Part shown: piece by piece, positions 1-11,142 of the stretch | Layout: every line of letters begins with the position of its first letter | Numbering within the stretch: the stretch's first letter is position 1 | DNA from: an uncultured delta proteobacterium | Lineage (GTDB): Bacteria; Desulfobacterota; Binatia; Binatales; Binataceae | NCBI GenBank assembly: GCA_963842085.1 | Contig: CAWJET010000001.1 | Location: 512,001-576,000 of the forward strand | Length of the DNA stretch: 64,000 nucleotides | Direction of reading: 5' to 3' | Made by a program: the position numbers and the translations under genes | Notes under the pieces: model-generated | Told to the model about the DNA's origin: nothing | What the model saw: only the letters and a program-made list of their open reading frames with translations | Databases searched by the model: none

Positions 1-158
1 ATACGCAGGGATCGGATTCGCAGGCAGCGGAGCTGGCCGTGTCTATAAGTTCAGCTAATATTAGAATCAGACCCATTTGGGCGTCCGGACGCCTTTGTCA
101 ACCGCCCCATAGCGTCAACCAAATGGAGCGCAAAAGCATTAGCTCGGCTAAATCAATG

Positions 159-222
159 GAGACGAGTTCGCGTCAGACTCGTGCATCCCTGCAGCCAGTC
201 AGAGCAAAACGCGTTATCTCCG
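159..222 (+). repeat. att-like element-end motif (GAGAnnAGTTCG..CAGACT..CAGTC..AAACGCGTTATCTCCG)
   Basis: Aligns with 63595-63658 and shares the CAGTC-n-AAACGCGTTATCTCCG tail with 35512, 36079, 59311(-) and 27730(-). Confidence 0.6.
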
Positions 223-470
223 AAAGGCCGCGAACACCGGTTCGGGATATCGGCATAATTCGGTTGTGCATTTCCTCGCATCTAACGTCCGACGCGCGAT
301 GGCACGCCTGCCGGCAACCCTACCTTTTCGAGCGCTTCAATCGCCCGATCGATCCGTCCCCTCTCCTTCTTGAGATCCGCCACTATTCTTTCCAACTCCA
401 ACATTTGCTCCTTTGGTCAGTCCCGCAGGCGCTCCGTTCCCACGACGACCAAGTGTGATGAGGCATATAC

Positions 471-701
471 CTGATCGAGCTCATTGAACGCGCCGAGCTT
501 AGCAGCGAGGGTGTCAAACTCTCGCTAAAGCTCCCCCTCCTTCGAGCAGAAACAGGTGACAGCGCTCCCCCGGATCATTTTTCTCTCGCAAAGTTCGTCC
601 CGATCCAGATGAAGCGGCGCGGCGTTGAGATGCGAATGGTATTTGAGGGCGCCTCCACGCCAGCCCGGGTTGACGTGCCACCCAAAAGCTTCAACCGATA
701 G
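471..701 (+). pseudogene. remnant of the C-terminal region of a large serine recombinase
   Basis: Translates to LIERAELSSEGVKLSL..FVPIQMKRRGVEMRMV, similar to LERVELKRDGMQITV..FVPLQMRRRGIETRLV in 11143-12807. Confidence 0.7.
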
Positions 702-845
702 CTCAGTGAACGAACGACTGTGTCGCGATCGAAGCGGGCCAGGAAAACGGATGGCGCGTGGGACGAATCATTAATCCGTTTGGACAGAACTGGGAGATCG
801 GCAAATTGCGGAGACAACCCGAAGTTAACACGCCACCTTGAAATT

Positions 846-2543
846 TCAGAAAGTGTTCCAGAACGAATCGCATATGTGGAAGCTGTTGAAGTTGGTCTCG
901 GGCATCGGCGTCGGCGGGACCAACGACTGGAACTCGTCTGTTGATGCGCTGTACTTCGGCCACGCCGGCTGGCTGGACGAGTTAGGGTTAAGTGTCTTCG
1001 CGAATTGGGTCCAGTAGCTGATCATGCTGTTGGAAAGCATCTGCTGATCGGTAGTGAACGGGAAGATCCCGCCTGTTACGAGCATGATGTATTGAATCTC
1101 GGCGCCGTGAAACGCGCCCAGCGGAAAGCTCAGGCCCGGGATAGTGCCGGGAGGCGCGTTCTCGTCGTTGAACTCGTACGCATAGGCCGTTGTGAACTTC
1201 GACAATGACTTATCTGCATTGCGCGCCGGACAGCTAAAGACTCCGTCAGTACCCGAGGCGCTCAATGCCAGCCCGCCGACCGGGTAACTGCCATAGGGAT
1301 AGAGGTTCTCCACATAAGGCGCCAATGCCGAAGTCCACAGAGCGGTGACCGCGGCGTCGTATTCCGCCTGAGTATCGATAGGATTCCCTACTGCGTCGTA
1401 CTCCTCAGCTACGAAGCCTCTATATTCATCGTGATTGGTACCGGCCATGACAGGCACTCTATTGAATCCACCTTCGGCAAACGCGGCGCTGGGTGTCTGA
1501 GTAAGCAGTTTTCCGTCGACAAAGGGATACACCACAGATGCCTCTACTTCGACCAAGGCATCGGCAGACACGGCTCGCAGGCATTCGGCGGTCTGGCTGG
1601 AGCACCCGACAGCCGTCGCGACGGAGTTACCGGAAGGAGCGAGGCCGTTGGTAGTCTCGGCGGTCGCCAGCGTCTCGATAGCAGTAAAATAGTCCTGGAA
1701 TTCCAGGTAGGATCCGCTCTCCACTATCGCGCCGCGGAATAGTCCCTTCGCAAGTGGAGACGCTAGCTGGCAATACACGCTCTGCCCGCCAGCGGACTCG
1801 CCGAAGATAGTAACTTCCTTAGGATTTCCGCCAAAGGCCTTGATGTTGTCCTTGACCCATTTGAGCGCGAATTGCTGATCCATGAATCCATAGTTGCCGA
1901 GCAAATGCTTCTCGGCGTCGAGCCCGGACTCGGCCAGGAATCCCAGCACACCAAGGCGGTAGTTGATTGTGACAACGATGACACCTCCGCCGTTCACCAG
2001 CGGCGTAGGATCGTAAAGGTCGCCGCCTTGGGCGGTAAGCCCACCCCCGTGAATCCATACCATCACCGGCAGACCGCTCGATTTCTTCTTCTTTGCTTCG
2101 GGAGCCGTCGCTTCGTCGGCTTGTTCCGCCGCCCCTTCGCCAGATACGGCCTGGGAGGGCGCATAAACATTCAGGAACAGGCAATTCTCGCTGCCGGTCG
2201 GTGAAGGTGATCCAGGTTGCGTGCACTCACTGCCGAATGCGGTCGCCTCGAGAGGCGCCGTGAACTTACCGAAGGCCTTCGGTGGCATCCAGCGCAAAGG
2301 TCCCACCGGAGGCTTGGCGTAGGGGATGCCGAGAAATTCGTTCACCCCATCAACCGTCATGCCGAGCACGGCTCCGTCTTTGGTGATGGCAAACGGCGAT
2401 GGGTATGATGGCTTCTGCTTGTTGGCCGACGCGGTCGCTGCCGGTCCCAGCGTTAACGCGCAGATACCGGCCAATCCGAGGATAAGTCTGGAAGTAAGCG
2501 CATGATGCCAGCGCTGCTCGTTCGCTCTCGTGCAGTCGTTCAT
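846..2543 (-). CDS. secreted type-B carboxylesterase/lipase
   Basis: FLGIPYA, SENCLFLNV, WIHGGG, GESAGG nucleophile elbow, FHGAEI; N-terminal signal-like segment. Confidence 0.92.
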   Translation of the reverse strand: MNDCTRANEQRWHHALTSRLILGLAGICALTLGPAATASANKQKPSYPSPFAITKDGAVLGMTVDGVNEFLGIPYAKPPVGPLRWMPPKAFGKFTAPLEATAFGSECTQPGSPSPTGSENCLFLNVYAPSQAVSGEGAAEQADEATAPEAKKKKSSGLPVMVWIHGGGLTAQGGDLYDPTPLVNGGGVIVVTINYRLGVLGFLAESGLDAEKHLLGNYGFMDQQFALKWVKDNIKAFGGNPKEVTIFGESAGGQSVYCQLASPLAKGLFRGAIVESGSYLEFQDYFTAIETLATAETTNGLAPSGNSVATAVGCSSQTAECLRAVSADALVEVEASVVYPFVDGKLLTQTPSAAFAEGGFNRVPVMAGTNHDEYRGFVAEEYDAVGNPIDTQAEYDAAVTALWTSALAPYVENLYPYGSYPVGGLALSASGTDGVFSCPARNADKSLSKFTTAYAYEFNDENAPPGTIPGLSFPLGAFHGAEIQYIMLVTGGIFPFTTDQQMLSNSMISYWTQFAKTLNPNSSSQPAWPKYSASTDEFQSLVPPTPMPETNFNSFHICDSFWNTF

Positions 2544-2814
2544 CGATTTTGAGTCCCTCCGATCGAGTCTTTAAAACACGCCGCGACGCGTCTTCTTGCA
2601 TGAACAATTTTACTGTAGATGCCGCAACTCATCTGGATGACTGGGAGCAGAACATACGAGGTCGCGATCAGGAATATTGAAAAGTCGAATCTCTGCAGCG
2701 CGCGAAAAAGGTCTGCCCACCCTCCCACAATCGCCTCTCTCCTCTCGCACCACTCGGTTGGCTTCATAAGACCGGGCCGATTATTCGCTCTTCGCCGGAG
2801 AGGCTCGAATTGGT

Positions 2815-3118
2815 AAACGGTCGCCTCGACATATTCGCGGTAGTCAGACCTGCTTTCGAGCAATTTCTGATGGGTACCTTGCGCGGCGATTCTGCCGCGG
2901 CTGAGAAAACAGACACTATCGCACTCCATCAGCGTGGTTGCGCGATGCGCTAGAACTATTATGATGCGATTGCGAGCGAGCTGCTCGCCCTCGGCGCCGC
3001 ATTTTTCACAGCCATAATCCTGGGGCGGAAAGAAAGTGTAGCCGCGTCCTTTGAGCGCGGGAATCGCGTCGGTGCTGCTCTCAGAAAGAGTTGGCTGAGC
3101 GAGAATCAGCTCGATCAT
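2815..3118 (-). pseudogene. chimeric fragments: Zn-ribbon/OB-fold protein N-terminus joined to an ABC ATPase C-terminus
   Basis: YTFFPPQDYGCEKCG followed by IIVLAHRATTLMECDSVCFLSRGRIAAQGTHQKLL (ABC H-loop tail). Confidence 0.55.
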
Positions 3119-3211
3119 GGTACCTCCCAGTTGTCATACACGAGTACGCTTAACAAAATTATCTGTCAACACATACTTGATTGTTAGCAACTAAAGTATT
3201 AAAAGTAGCCT

Positions 3212-3862
3212 ATGGATGCGGAAACCCAAATCGGAACAATTCGCAAGCGCCGCCGCCACACCCAGAATGAGCGCCGCGCTCTTTCCGACCAGAGAATGCT
3301 CGAAGCGGCGCTGAAATTAATCGCCCGTCAAGGCAGTGGACGCACGACGCTAGCCGAGATCGGTGAAGTCGCCGGCTACACCTACGGCTTGGTCTCCAAT
3401 CGTTTCGGATCGAAGGCGGCGCTGATTCGCGCCGTCACGCGCATGCTGCAGTCGCATTTCGCGCGCCGGACCTTCGCAGAAATCGAAAACCTCACTGGGC
3501 TAGCTGCCCTGAAGGTTCTGGTCGAAAAGTATTTGACCACAATGGATTCGTCTGGTCGGCGCGCTCTTTACGTATTGATCGGCGAAGCCCTGGCGCCAGT
3601 GCCCGAGATCAGGCCTGAGATGGCGGAAGCCGATGAAGGCTTTCGCCGACATCTTGAGACCCATATCCAGCGCGGGATCACCTCCGGGGAAATCCGTTCC
3701 GACGTCAATCCTGCCGCACAGTCTGCGCTGCTGGTGGCTACGCTACGGGGCATCTCCTTTCAGGGTCTGATCAATCCCCAAGCGTTCGATCGCAAAACCA
3801 TCGCGAGTGAATTGCAGTTGAATATCGAAAGAACTCTCCGGCGCCCCGGCGTGCAATCTTAA
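3212..3862 (+). CDS. TetR/AcrR family transcriptional regulator
   Basis: N-terminal HTH (RMLEAALKLIARQG..TTLAEIGEVAGYTYGLVSNRFGSK) and TetR_C-type GEIRSDVNP. Confidence 0.9.
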   Translation: MDAETQIGTIRKRRRHTQNERRALSDQRMLEAALKLIARQGSGRTTLAEIGEVAGYTYGLVSNRFGSKAALIRAVTRMLQSHFARRTFAEIENLTGLAALKVLVEKYLTTMDSSGRRALYVLIGEALAPVPEIRPEMAEADEGFRRHLETHIQRGITSGEIRSDVNPAAQSALLVATLRGISFQGLINPQAFDRKTIASELQLNIERTLRRPGVQS

Positions 3863-3902
3863 TCATCGGGACGGAAGTAACCGGGAGCCCTCGATTTGAG
3901 AC

Positions 3903-4029
3903 CTAGCAGGTTGCGGAAAAACTCAATGAAAGACGATTTCGGCGAAGAGTAAGCATTACTACGATCACGAGAATGCGTCTTGGATCAATGTCATCAGGAG
4001 TCAAAAACCCTTTTTCCGCAACCTGCTAG
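3903..4029 (+). mobile_element. MITE, 119-bp core between CTAG repeats, TIR CAGGTTGCGGAAAAA (IS5/IS1182-like ends)
   Basis: Perfect terminal inverted repeats; exact reverse complement of 60304-60430. Confidence 0.9.
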
Positions 4030-4058
4030 AGCCGAATCTCCTGCGCACAAAGATCGAG

Positions 4059-5381
4059 ATGAACATGATGACCGGCATGTCTATCGCACTGGTCGGCGCG
4101 ATAGCCGCCATCGCAACCGGTGTCGCCGCTGCTTACGCGCAATCGCATTCCGCGCCGGCCACCGCGCCGAGCCCACTCCCTTCCACGGCTCACACCGCCG
4201 GCGCTGGAGTGTCCTCCGTGTCCGCGCCCGGAACCATCATAACCTCCGGCAACGCGTCCGCGTACGCGAACAATCTCCCCGCTGCCGCGGCGCTCGCCCT
4301 ACAGCACGGTTTCAAAATCCAGGTAGTGCCGACCGACACGCTTCAATGGTCGGCCGGCTTCCAGAGCGCGACGGAAAAATATTCGTCGCAGGTGGGCCTC
4401 GACAAAGACGATTACATGATCAATTACGTCGCCGGCATGCCTTTTCCACTGATCGACGCTAACGATCCGAAAGCGGCGGTCAAGATCGCATACAACTGGC
4501 ACATGGGGCCCGTGCTGCCCGACGATTTCTCGCTGTCGCCATGGAGCAGTAACGGCTACCTCGCGGATCAGAACAACCCGGCGCGGTTTCGGCAGTCCGA
4601 CGATTTCGACAGTCTGTGCGACAAGTTCGACTTTCTTCGCTACGCACATCGCACGGAAGTCGATCCACGCCCGACGCTGGGTTCCAACTCGAGCGGTGTG
4701 GAATGGAAAGCCAAGTGCAATCAGTGGTCAGCCATTGGCTTCGGCGCGTCTGCAGGCGAAGGCGCAGGCATCTGGATCCGCTATCTCGATCCCAAGGCTC
4801 ATGACGGATTCTACAGTATCAGCCAGCAGTCCCGTCGCGTCCGCCAGGCGGAAATCGCGCTTCAATATCCCAATCACGTCTGCCGCCAATGCCATCAGCC
4901 CTACTGGGCGTATGCGCTGCCGAAGACGGAAATCTACACCTATCGCCTGCTAGGCACAGCCCCGATTCTCGGGTGCATGAACGCTAATGACGAGCCCGCG
5001 GGAATCACGCCGTCGGAATCCGGGTACCGGCTCACGGAGGAGCCGTTCCAGTTGCGCCACGCCTACATCCTCGAGATGACGCCGACTCAGAACAACCTTT
5101 CGGAGCGTACCCTGATATTTATCGATAGCGAAATCTACGTTTGGCTCGCCGCTGAGTTCTACGAAGGCGGGGAGCGCGTTGCGACGGCGATCCCGCTATG
5201 GCATCAGCATCCGTCGCCCGAAGGTGGCAACTTGTTCGACCTGGCGGGCAGCTTCTACTTTTCCAGCGAGCATCCGGACTTCTTGCGATCGGTCGTGCCG
5301 GCGCATACTTCGTTCACACAGAAGATCAATGCCGGCGAGGCCTCCGAGAGCGATTTCCTGCCGCAGATGATGATCCGATAG
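4059..5381 (+). CDS. DUF1329-like exported protein
   Basis: Signal peptide; ATEKYSSQV.L....NYVAGMPFP.ID.NDP.AA.KIAYN motif typical of DUF1329. Confidence 0.75.
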   Translation: MNMMTGMSIALVGAIAAIATGVAAAYAQSHSAPATAPSPLPSTAHTAGAGVSSVSAPGTIITSGNASAYANNLPAAAALALQHGFKIQVVPTDTLQWSAGFQSATEKYSSQVGLDKDDYMINYVAGMPFPLIDANDPKAAVKIAYNWHMGPVLPDDFSLSPWSSNGYLADQNNPARFRQSDDFDSLCDKFDFLRYAHRTEVDPRPTLGSNSSGVEWKAKCNQWSAIGFGASAGEGAGIWIRYLDPKAHDGFYSISQQSRRVRQAEIALQYPNHVCRQCHQPYWAYALPKTEIYTYRLLGTAPILGCMNANDEPAGITPSESGYRLTEEPFQLRHAYILEMTPTQNNLSERTLIFIDSEIYVWLAAEFYEGGERVATAIPLWHQHPSPEGGNLFDLAGSFYFSSEHPDFLRSVVPAHTSFTQKINAGEASESDFLPQMMIR

Positions 5382-5481
5382 CGGAAAAGGAGGCCCCGTA
5401 ATTGAACGGTGACATTCTGGATCTTGATGGTCGCGTTGGTCTGATAACAGTTTTAGTTACCAGTCATCCGCCATTTTAAAC

Positions 5482-7080
5482 CTACTCGCGTTCCATGAAG
5501 CCCTCGAGGTTGCGCGAGCGCCCAGTCTGGCGCAGCTTGCGCAGCGCCTTCGCCTCGATTTGGCGAATACGTTCGCGGGTGACGGCAAACAGCTTACCGA
5601 CCTCTTCGAGGGTGCAGTCGGCCTTCCGGCCGATTCCGAAGCGCATCCGCAGGATCTGCTCTTCGCGTGGCGTCAGCGTCGCCAATACCTTGCGCGTCAG
5701 CTCGCCGAGATTGCCCCGGATCGCTGCCTCGACCGGTGATGGCACCAATTGGTCCTCGACGAAGTCCCCGAGCGATCTTTGCTCATCGTCGCCGAGCGGG
5801 GTTTCGAGCGAGATCGGCTCCCTGACGAGCTTGAGCGCCTTCTGGACCTTGTCAAGCGGCATCTCCATCTGCTCGGCAACCTCCTCCGGGCTCGGCTCGC
5901 GGCCCAGCCGCTGCACCAACAGGCGCGTCACGCGCAGCAGCTTGCTGACCGTCTCAACCATGTGGACCGGGATACGGATCGTCCGGCTCTGGTCGGCGAT
6001 TGCACGCGCCATCGACTGCCGAATCCACCACGTCGCGTAAGTCGAGAACTTGAAGCCGCGCTGGTACTCGAACTTCACCACCGCCCGCATCAGGCCAATA
6101 TTGCCTTCCTGGATAAGGTCGAGGAGCCCTAGCCCGCGGTTCGCGTTACGCTTGGCAAGGCTCACCACCAGCCGCAAGTTGCCTTCGGTCAGCTCCTGCT
6201 TGGCGCGCCGGCTCTGGGCCTGGCCCGACGCGATCGTTTCGAGCGAGCGCGCAAATTCGTCGGTCCCAACCTTGACCCGGCGCTCGACCTCCTTGACGGT
6301 CTTCTGCGCCTGTTTGATTCGCGCGGCGATATTGAGCAGGTTCTCGCGGTTGCCGTTGATCTTCAGCAAATGGCGGCGGTCTTCGGCCTTGGCCGCGTCG
6401 CACAGAAGCTGCGACTTACTGCGGCCGGTCGCCTCCTCGTAACGCTGGATCAGCGTCTGCGAATCGCGCGCTTCCTGGAGCAGGCGGCGCAGCTCGCCGA
6501 TGACGGCCTCCTGCAGGTGGCGCGAAAGCTCAAGATGATGCAATTCGCGCCTGACGCTCTCCTTGAAACGCACCTGCGACTTCTCGAGTTTCGCCTTCAG
6601 GATCGGCTTGGGCCGCTGCTTGAGCTTCTCCTCGAGATCCTCGATCCGGTGCTGCAGCGACTTGAGCTTGGTGGTCGCGGTGAACAGCTGTTTGAGTCGC
6701 TTTTCGTTGGCCTCGCGCCCACGCTCCTCATCGGCGTCGGTAGGCTCTTCGTTTTCATCGAAGAGGTCGCGCAGTTCAGCCTCGCCCGCCTCGACTCGCG
6801 TGCCCATCTCGATTACCAAATCGAGCGTCACCGGAGAACGCAGAACCTCCTCCTCGACTGCGTTCTCGCCCGCTTCGATGCGCTTTGCGATTTCGACTTC
6901 CTGCTCCCGCGAGAGGAGCTGGAAGTTACCCATCTCCTTGAGGTAGAGGCGGACGGGATCCGACGACTCGCCGATCGATTCAGCGGCCGGCGCGGGCTCG
7001 GCGGTATCGTCGGGCCCTTCAGCCTCGAGTTCGCCTTCCCTTCCGTCCGCCGGGACGTCGGCGAGGACCTTGATGTCCAA
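5482..7080 (-). CDS. rpoD: RpoD-like primary sigma-70 paralogue lacking region 1.1 (start uncertain, 7080 or 7131)
   Basis: [11 protein letters not shown] (1.2), [51 protein letters not shown]. Confidence 0.85.
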   Translation of the reverse strand: MDIKVLADVPADGREGELEAEGPDDTAEPAPAAESIGESSDPVRLYLKEMGNFQLLSREQEVEIAKRIEAGENAVEEEVLRSPVTLDLVIEMGTRVEAGEAELRDLFDENEEPTDADEERGREANEKRLKQLFTATTKLKSLQHRIEDLEEKLKQRPKPILKAKLEKSQVRFKESVRRELHHLELSRHLQEAVIGELRRLLQEARDSQTLIQRYEEATGRSKSQLLCDAAKAEDRRHLLKINGNRENLLNIAARIKQAQKTVKEVERRVKVGTDEFARSLETIASGQAQSRRAKQELTEGNLRLVVSLAKRNANRGLGLLDLIQEGNIGLMRAVVKFEYQRGFKFSTYATWWIRQSMARAIADQSRTIRIPVHMVETVSKLLRVTRLLVQRLGREPSPEEVAEQMEMPLDKVQKALKLVREPISLETPLGDDEQRSLGDFVEDQLVPSPVEAAIRGNLGELTRKVLATLTPREEQILRMRFGIGRKADCTLEEVGKLFAVTRERIRQIEAKALRKLRQTGRSRNLEGFMERE

Positions 7081-7108
7081 CCGCTGTGCCCGCCCAGGCG
7101 TTCGGCGA

Positions 7109-7339
7109 TCACTCTTTGATTTCAAGAGCAACCTTGCGGTTGTTCCGCGCTGCGACCGCGTTGAGGATTGTGCGAATCGAATACGCGGTACGGCCCTGCC
7201 TGCCTATTACTCTGCCCAAGTCTTCCTTCGCCACGCGCAATTCAAGCAGCGTGGCTACCTCGCCCCGAGTCTCCGTGACCTCGACCGCGTCAGGGTTGTT
7301 AACCAACTGCTGCGCCAAAAATCGGACTAGCTCCTTCAT
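7109..7339 (-). CDS. khpA: KH-domain RNA-binding protein KhpA/YlqC
   Basis: [28 protein letters not shown] GxxG motif. Confidence 0.9.
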   Translation of the reverse strand: MKELVRFLAQQLVNNPDAVEVTETRGEVATLLELRVAKEDLGRVIGRQGRTAYSIRTILNAVAARNNRKVALEIKE

Positions 7340-7678
7340 GGCTGGCTCCGTTGAAGAAGTCGAAGGGGAAGTTTTTACAAGCCGCCCTGACTAAGCCTAG
7401 GCTAACCATGTCTTATAGATACCTGCCAAAACTAGGATAGTTCAGCTTGAACTTATCTCAATGTCGCGCTTGAGGAGCTCGCCGTGGATCCGCGGGGCAC
7501 CGCGCGTGATTTCATTTAGGGAGCGATGACGAGCCCCCGGAAACTGGACAACCCGATCATTCGCCTGACGACTCGTTTCAAGACCGAACGAAATGGGCGC
7601 GATCGCTACCGCTGTCCGTTTCCTACTCGCTGATCTCGTTGGCGATGTATTCGCAAAACCGCTTGAGCCGGAGGACAA

Positions 7679-7750
7679 ATTGAGTTTCGTCGGACGAAAG
7701 TTTCACAACCCAGCCAGGTTCTCGCGACACCAGAATTCAAGGTTAACGAC
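7679..7750 (+). repeat. partial copy of the ~250-bp att-associated repeat
   Basis: TTGAGTTTCGTCGGACG..AACCCAGC..TTCTCGCGACACC..AATTCAAGG aligns with 35296-35364. Confidence 0.8.
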
Positions 7751-7938
7751 GCGCCTGCAGGTTCATTTGCATGCTGCGCGGCACCGGAGAAGACCACTTT
7801 CTGCCGGTCCGTGCGCGAGATGCGGCCAAAGTCTCTGTTGGCAAGTGAGGCGGTTTCCATCCATGCGCGACGCACGACAGGAATCGATTCGCCGACGGAC
7901 TTGGCCAGAGTGTGCGGAAGTGCTCGAAGGTAAACGGG

Positions 7939-8190
7939 CTAGGCGATTCCCACGGCCTGTTCTTGCGCGGTCCAGAGCAGAGGGAGATCGATCCGTTCGG
8001 CCAAAGCCTCCGCGGCGAGCTCGGTTGGCTGGTTACCTGCGACTATCGCCTCGACAATCTCCGGGGCTAGGAACGCCAGCCGCGTCAATCGTCTGACGCA
8101 GCGGTCACCGACCGCCTCGCGTTCAGCGATCTCAGCAACTGACCACGCTCTGCCCGTCAGTAGGTCCTCAGACCATTGTCGCGCCCGGGC
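7939..8190 (-). pseudogene. remnant of a large serine recombinase C-terminus
   Basis: EIAEREAVGDRCVRRLTRLAFLAPEIVEAIVAG..LPLLWTAQEQ homologous to the end of 11143-12807. Confidence 0.8.
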
Positions 8191-8349
8191 GGAAATTGGA
8201 TGTGGGATCGTCGAGTTTTGGATAAGCCCCTGATTTCGCATCTCTGAGCCGGTATCATAATCGGGCCGACCCCTGTCGGTGAAGGATTTTCATCAATAGC
8301 CAAGTGCGCGCGAGCGCCACAAGAACCAGCGGCGATTAGGAGCATCAAG

Positions 8350-9369
8350 ATGAAACTCAAGGAACTCGCATTGAAGCTGGGACTCGAATTGCGCGGTGAC
8401 GGCGCCGTGGAGATTTTCGCGCCGGCGCCGATCGAGGCGGCCGGTCCCGGCATGATCGTCTTCGTGGCGAGCGCGAAGTATTCATCCGCGCTGCAATCCA
8501 ACGTATCGGCGGCGATCACGACCGCCGAGCTTGGGGCGGGCGCGAAATGCGCGACGCTTATCAGCGCAAATCCGTACGCGGACTTCGCCCGCGTGCTCAA
8601 GATTTTCTTTCCGCCGCACCGGCCCGCGCTGGGTATCGATCCGCGGGCTTCGATCGCGCCCGACGCGAAGATCGGTGCGAACGCGTCGATCGGCGCGTCG
8701 GCGGTAATCGGCGCGGGCGTTACGATTGGGCGCGATGCGGTGATTCATCCGAACGTGACGATTTACCCGGGCGTGCGCATCGGCGATCGCTTTACCGCGC
8801 ACAGCGGCGTGTCCATTCGCGAGGGAACGGTGATCGGGGATCGCGTGACGATTTTGAACGGCGCAGTAATCGGCGCCGACGGCTTCGGTTTCGTCGAGGA
8901 AAAGGGCGACTTGATCAAAATTCCGCAAGTCGGCACCGTCATACTCGAGGACGATGTGGAGATCGGCGCGAATTCGACGGTCGATCGCGCGATGATGGGG
9001 GCGACGGTGCTGCATCGCGGCGTGAAGCTCGACGACCAGGTGCATATTGGGCACAACTGCGAAATCGGCGAGTACTCGAGCTTCTCGGGCCAGACGGGAA
9101 TCTCGGGCTCGACCCGAATCGGCAAATGGTGCCTGTTCGGCGGGCAGGTAGGATGCGCCGACCACGCGACGATCGGCGATCGCGTCATTGTCGCCGCGCA
9201 GGCCGGCATCCACAGCGGCTTGAAAGACCACGCGATCGTCGGGGGCAGCCCGGCGGTGAACGTACGCAAGTACCGGCGCAACTCAGCAGCGCTGTCGCGT
9301 CTGCCCGACCTGATTCGGCGAGTGCGCGCGCTGGAGAATCGAGCCGGCATCGGCGCCAACGGGGCGTAA
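8350..9369 (+). CDS. lpxD: UDP-3-O-(3-hydroxyacyl)glucosamine N-acyltransferase
   Basis: Hexapeptide repeats, NPYADFA, IGADGFGF, KIPQVG.V, IGHNCEIG. Confidence 0.93.
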   Translation: MKLKELALKLGLELRGDGAVEIFAPAPIEAAGPGMIVFVASAKYSSALQSNVSAAITTAELGAGAKCATLISANPYADFARVLKIFFPPHRPALGIDPRASIAPDAKIGANASIGASAVIGAGVTIGRDAVIHPNVTIYPGVRIGDRFTAHSGVSIREGTVIGDRVTILNGAVIGADGFGFVEEKGDLIKIPQVGTVILEDDVEIGANSTVDRAMMGATVLHRGVKLDDQVHIGHNCEIGEYSSFSGQTGISGSTRIGKWCLFGGQVGCADHATIGDRVIVAAQAGIHSGLKDHAIVGGSPAVNVRKYRRNSAALSRLPDLIRRVRALENRAGIGANGA

Positions 9370-9502
9370 GGTTTGGGCGGCGGAGATGCGGAGGACCCGA
9401 CAATCAATTGGAACAATCTCGCGGGTCGCCCGCCTGATATCGCGCACCTTGCCGGGTACTCCATCGACCGCCCATTGTATCGCTTCTTCGGGAGGCCCTC
9501 GC

Positions 9503-9576
9503 AGGTCCTCCATCAAATCCATCGAGCCCTTGATGTCCGCGAACAGCGCCGTGACCGTCTTGCGCTCGCCCTCGAG
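9503..9576 (-). pseudogene. short fragment of a class III adenylate/guanylate cyclase
   Basis: Translates to LEGERKTVTALFADIKGSMDLMEDL. Confidence 0.6.
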
Positions 9577-9763
9577 CCGCGCGCCGTCAGCAAAAGTTCA
9601 GCGCCCAGGCCTACGGCACGTCGATTGCCCAGGCGGTGTTCTAATTTGAATTGTCGGAGCGAAATCCGGCGACAACCCAACCGAGCACTAGAACGAGACC
9701 ACTTGTGCAGAAATCTGCACAAGTGATTGGCATTCGCCAGCCAGATGGCGCAATGAATCTCAC

Positions 9764-9988
9764 ATGCTTGTTCAGTGTTTTGATATCGACATCCGCGCGG
9801 GCGAGCGCTGCGCCGCGCCCAGCTGCCGCCAGCCTGCGGCTCATCGCGTCACGATCACGGACGACTATGGCGATCTGAGCGCAAAATTTTTCCTTTGCGA
9901 CGACTCTCTCGACGAGGTGATGGGCGCACTCGAACTGGTCGAGCACGTGCTGAACGCCTCTGTAGTACTTTCCTACAATCTAGAGTGA
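9764..9988 (+). CDS. small hypothetical protein
   Basis: 74-aa ORF with plausible composition; no recognised motif. Confidence 0.3.
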   Translation: MLVQCFDIDIRAGERCAAPSCRQPAAHRVTITDDYGDLSAKFFLCDDSLDEVMGALELVEHVLNASVVLSYNLE

Positions 9989-10248
9989 GCAGAAAATCCC
10001 CGCGTGACGGGGCGCTTGTGCGCTTGATGCGAACCGGAGAGCGCGAGTCCTGCACCTGATTCGGCGAATTTCTCGGGTTTGTCTCCAGGCGCAGAAAAGC
10101 CGGTTCGCTTCACGGTTCCAAGATTCGCTCATCCATCGCCTTTCTGAGATGGGGCCGGTCGCGGCTCTAGTCGATTCCGATCGCCTTCAACTGCGCCGGC
10201 CATTCGAGCGGCAGATCAATTCGGTTGAGCAGCGTCTGGGCGTTGAGC

Positions 10249-10644
10249 GCTGAACTGATCAAGATCACGATCGGATCGGCGTACCCCGACAACGAAATTC
10301 AGACCATGGAGATCAAGGGACGCGACCTGGTCGGCGGAGTGCCGAAGACCATCGAGATCACCGACGAGGAAATTCGCGAGGCGCTGATGGAACCGGTGAG
10401 CCAGATAGTCGAATCGGTGCGAATCGCGCTTGAGCGCACTCCCCCGGAGCTTGCCTCCGACATCGTGGACAAGGGAATTGTGCTGGCCGGCGGCGGCGCG
10501 CTGCTGCGCAACCTCGACGTTTTGCTCCACGAAGAAACCAGGCTGCCGGTCAGGCTGGCGGACGATCCGCTGACGGCGGTCGTGATGGGCGTGGGGAAGG
10601 TGCTGGACGAACTGTCGCTGCTGCGCGACGTGACTGTTGACTGA
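10249..10644 (+). pseudogene. mreB: 3' third of the rod-shape actin MreB (5' part absent)
   Basis: AELIKITIGSA..GRDLVGGVPK..LERTPPELASDIVDKGIVLAGGGALL; no N-terminal part upstream. Confidence 0.9.
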
Positions 10645-10705
10645 TTTTTCGGGCGGATACCCCTGACAATGCGCCCGCGCTTCGGGTGACCTGACTGTGA
10701 GAAGA

Positions 10706-10890
10706 TTCTCGCGACACTGAAATTCGAGGTGCATGGCGGGCAGGGTACCGAACTGAAAGCGAATTTATTCTCTGGACGATGTTAGCTTATCTCGACAGGA
10801 AATTTCTCAAGCAATCGCGGAGGTTTTCCTTTGGACAGACTTCTCGCGACACCGGCGGTTCGAATCCACCCCGCTCCGCCACACAGTTTG
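10706..10890 (+). repeat. att-associated repeat ending in a tRNA-Ser-like 3' half
   Basis: Two TTCTCGCGACAC boxes 135 bp apart, then GGTTCGAATCCACCCCGCTCCGCCA (10857-10881); aligns with 35334-35516 and 27752-27935(-). Confidence 0.85.
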
Positions 10891-11142
10891 TAGTGTTCAT
10901 ATACAATCCGGAGATGGCGGTAAATTCGCGCGTGGACGGGCCGATTCGCTCACCTCGCGGCACCGGAGAGAGCGAATAATCTTGCAAATCGCTGATTCGC
11001 TGCGATTCCTCTCTGTTTAGAAAAGATTCGGTGCCACGAGCCCAGCCCCGGTATTTGCGCCTTTGACGCTTGACCTCTCGCCCTGATCGTCGGCCCAAGG
11101 AGGTCAGAAGAGAGGAAGAGAGAATGAGAAGGGGCGGCCGTT

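Noticed and set aside
10790-10881. tRNA gene ending in GGTTCGAATCC..CCGCCA (also 19570-19659 and 35420-35509)
   Set aside because: No complementary 5' acceptor strand, D-arm or anticodon arm could be found upstream; reported as att-like repeats instead.
10779-10979. Small protein encoded within the att-associated repeat
   Set aside because: The start codon is not conserved (ATA in the 35.4-kb copy) and the stop positions differ among copies.
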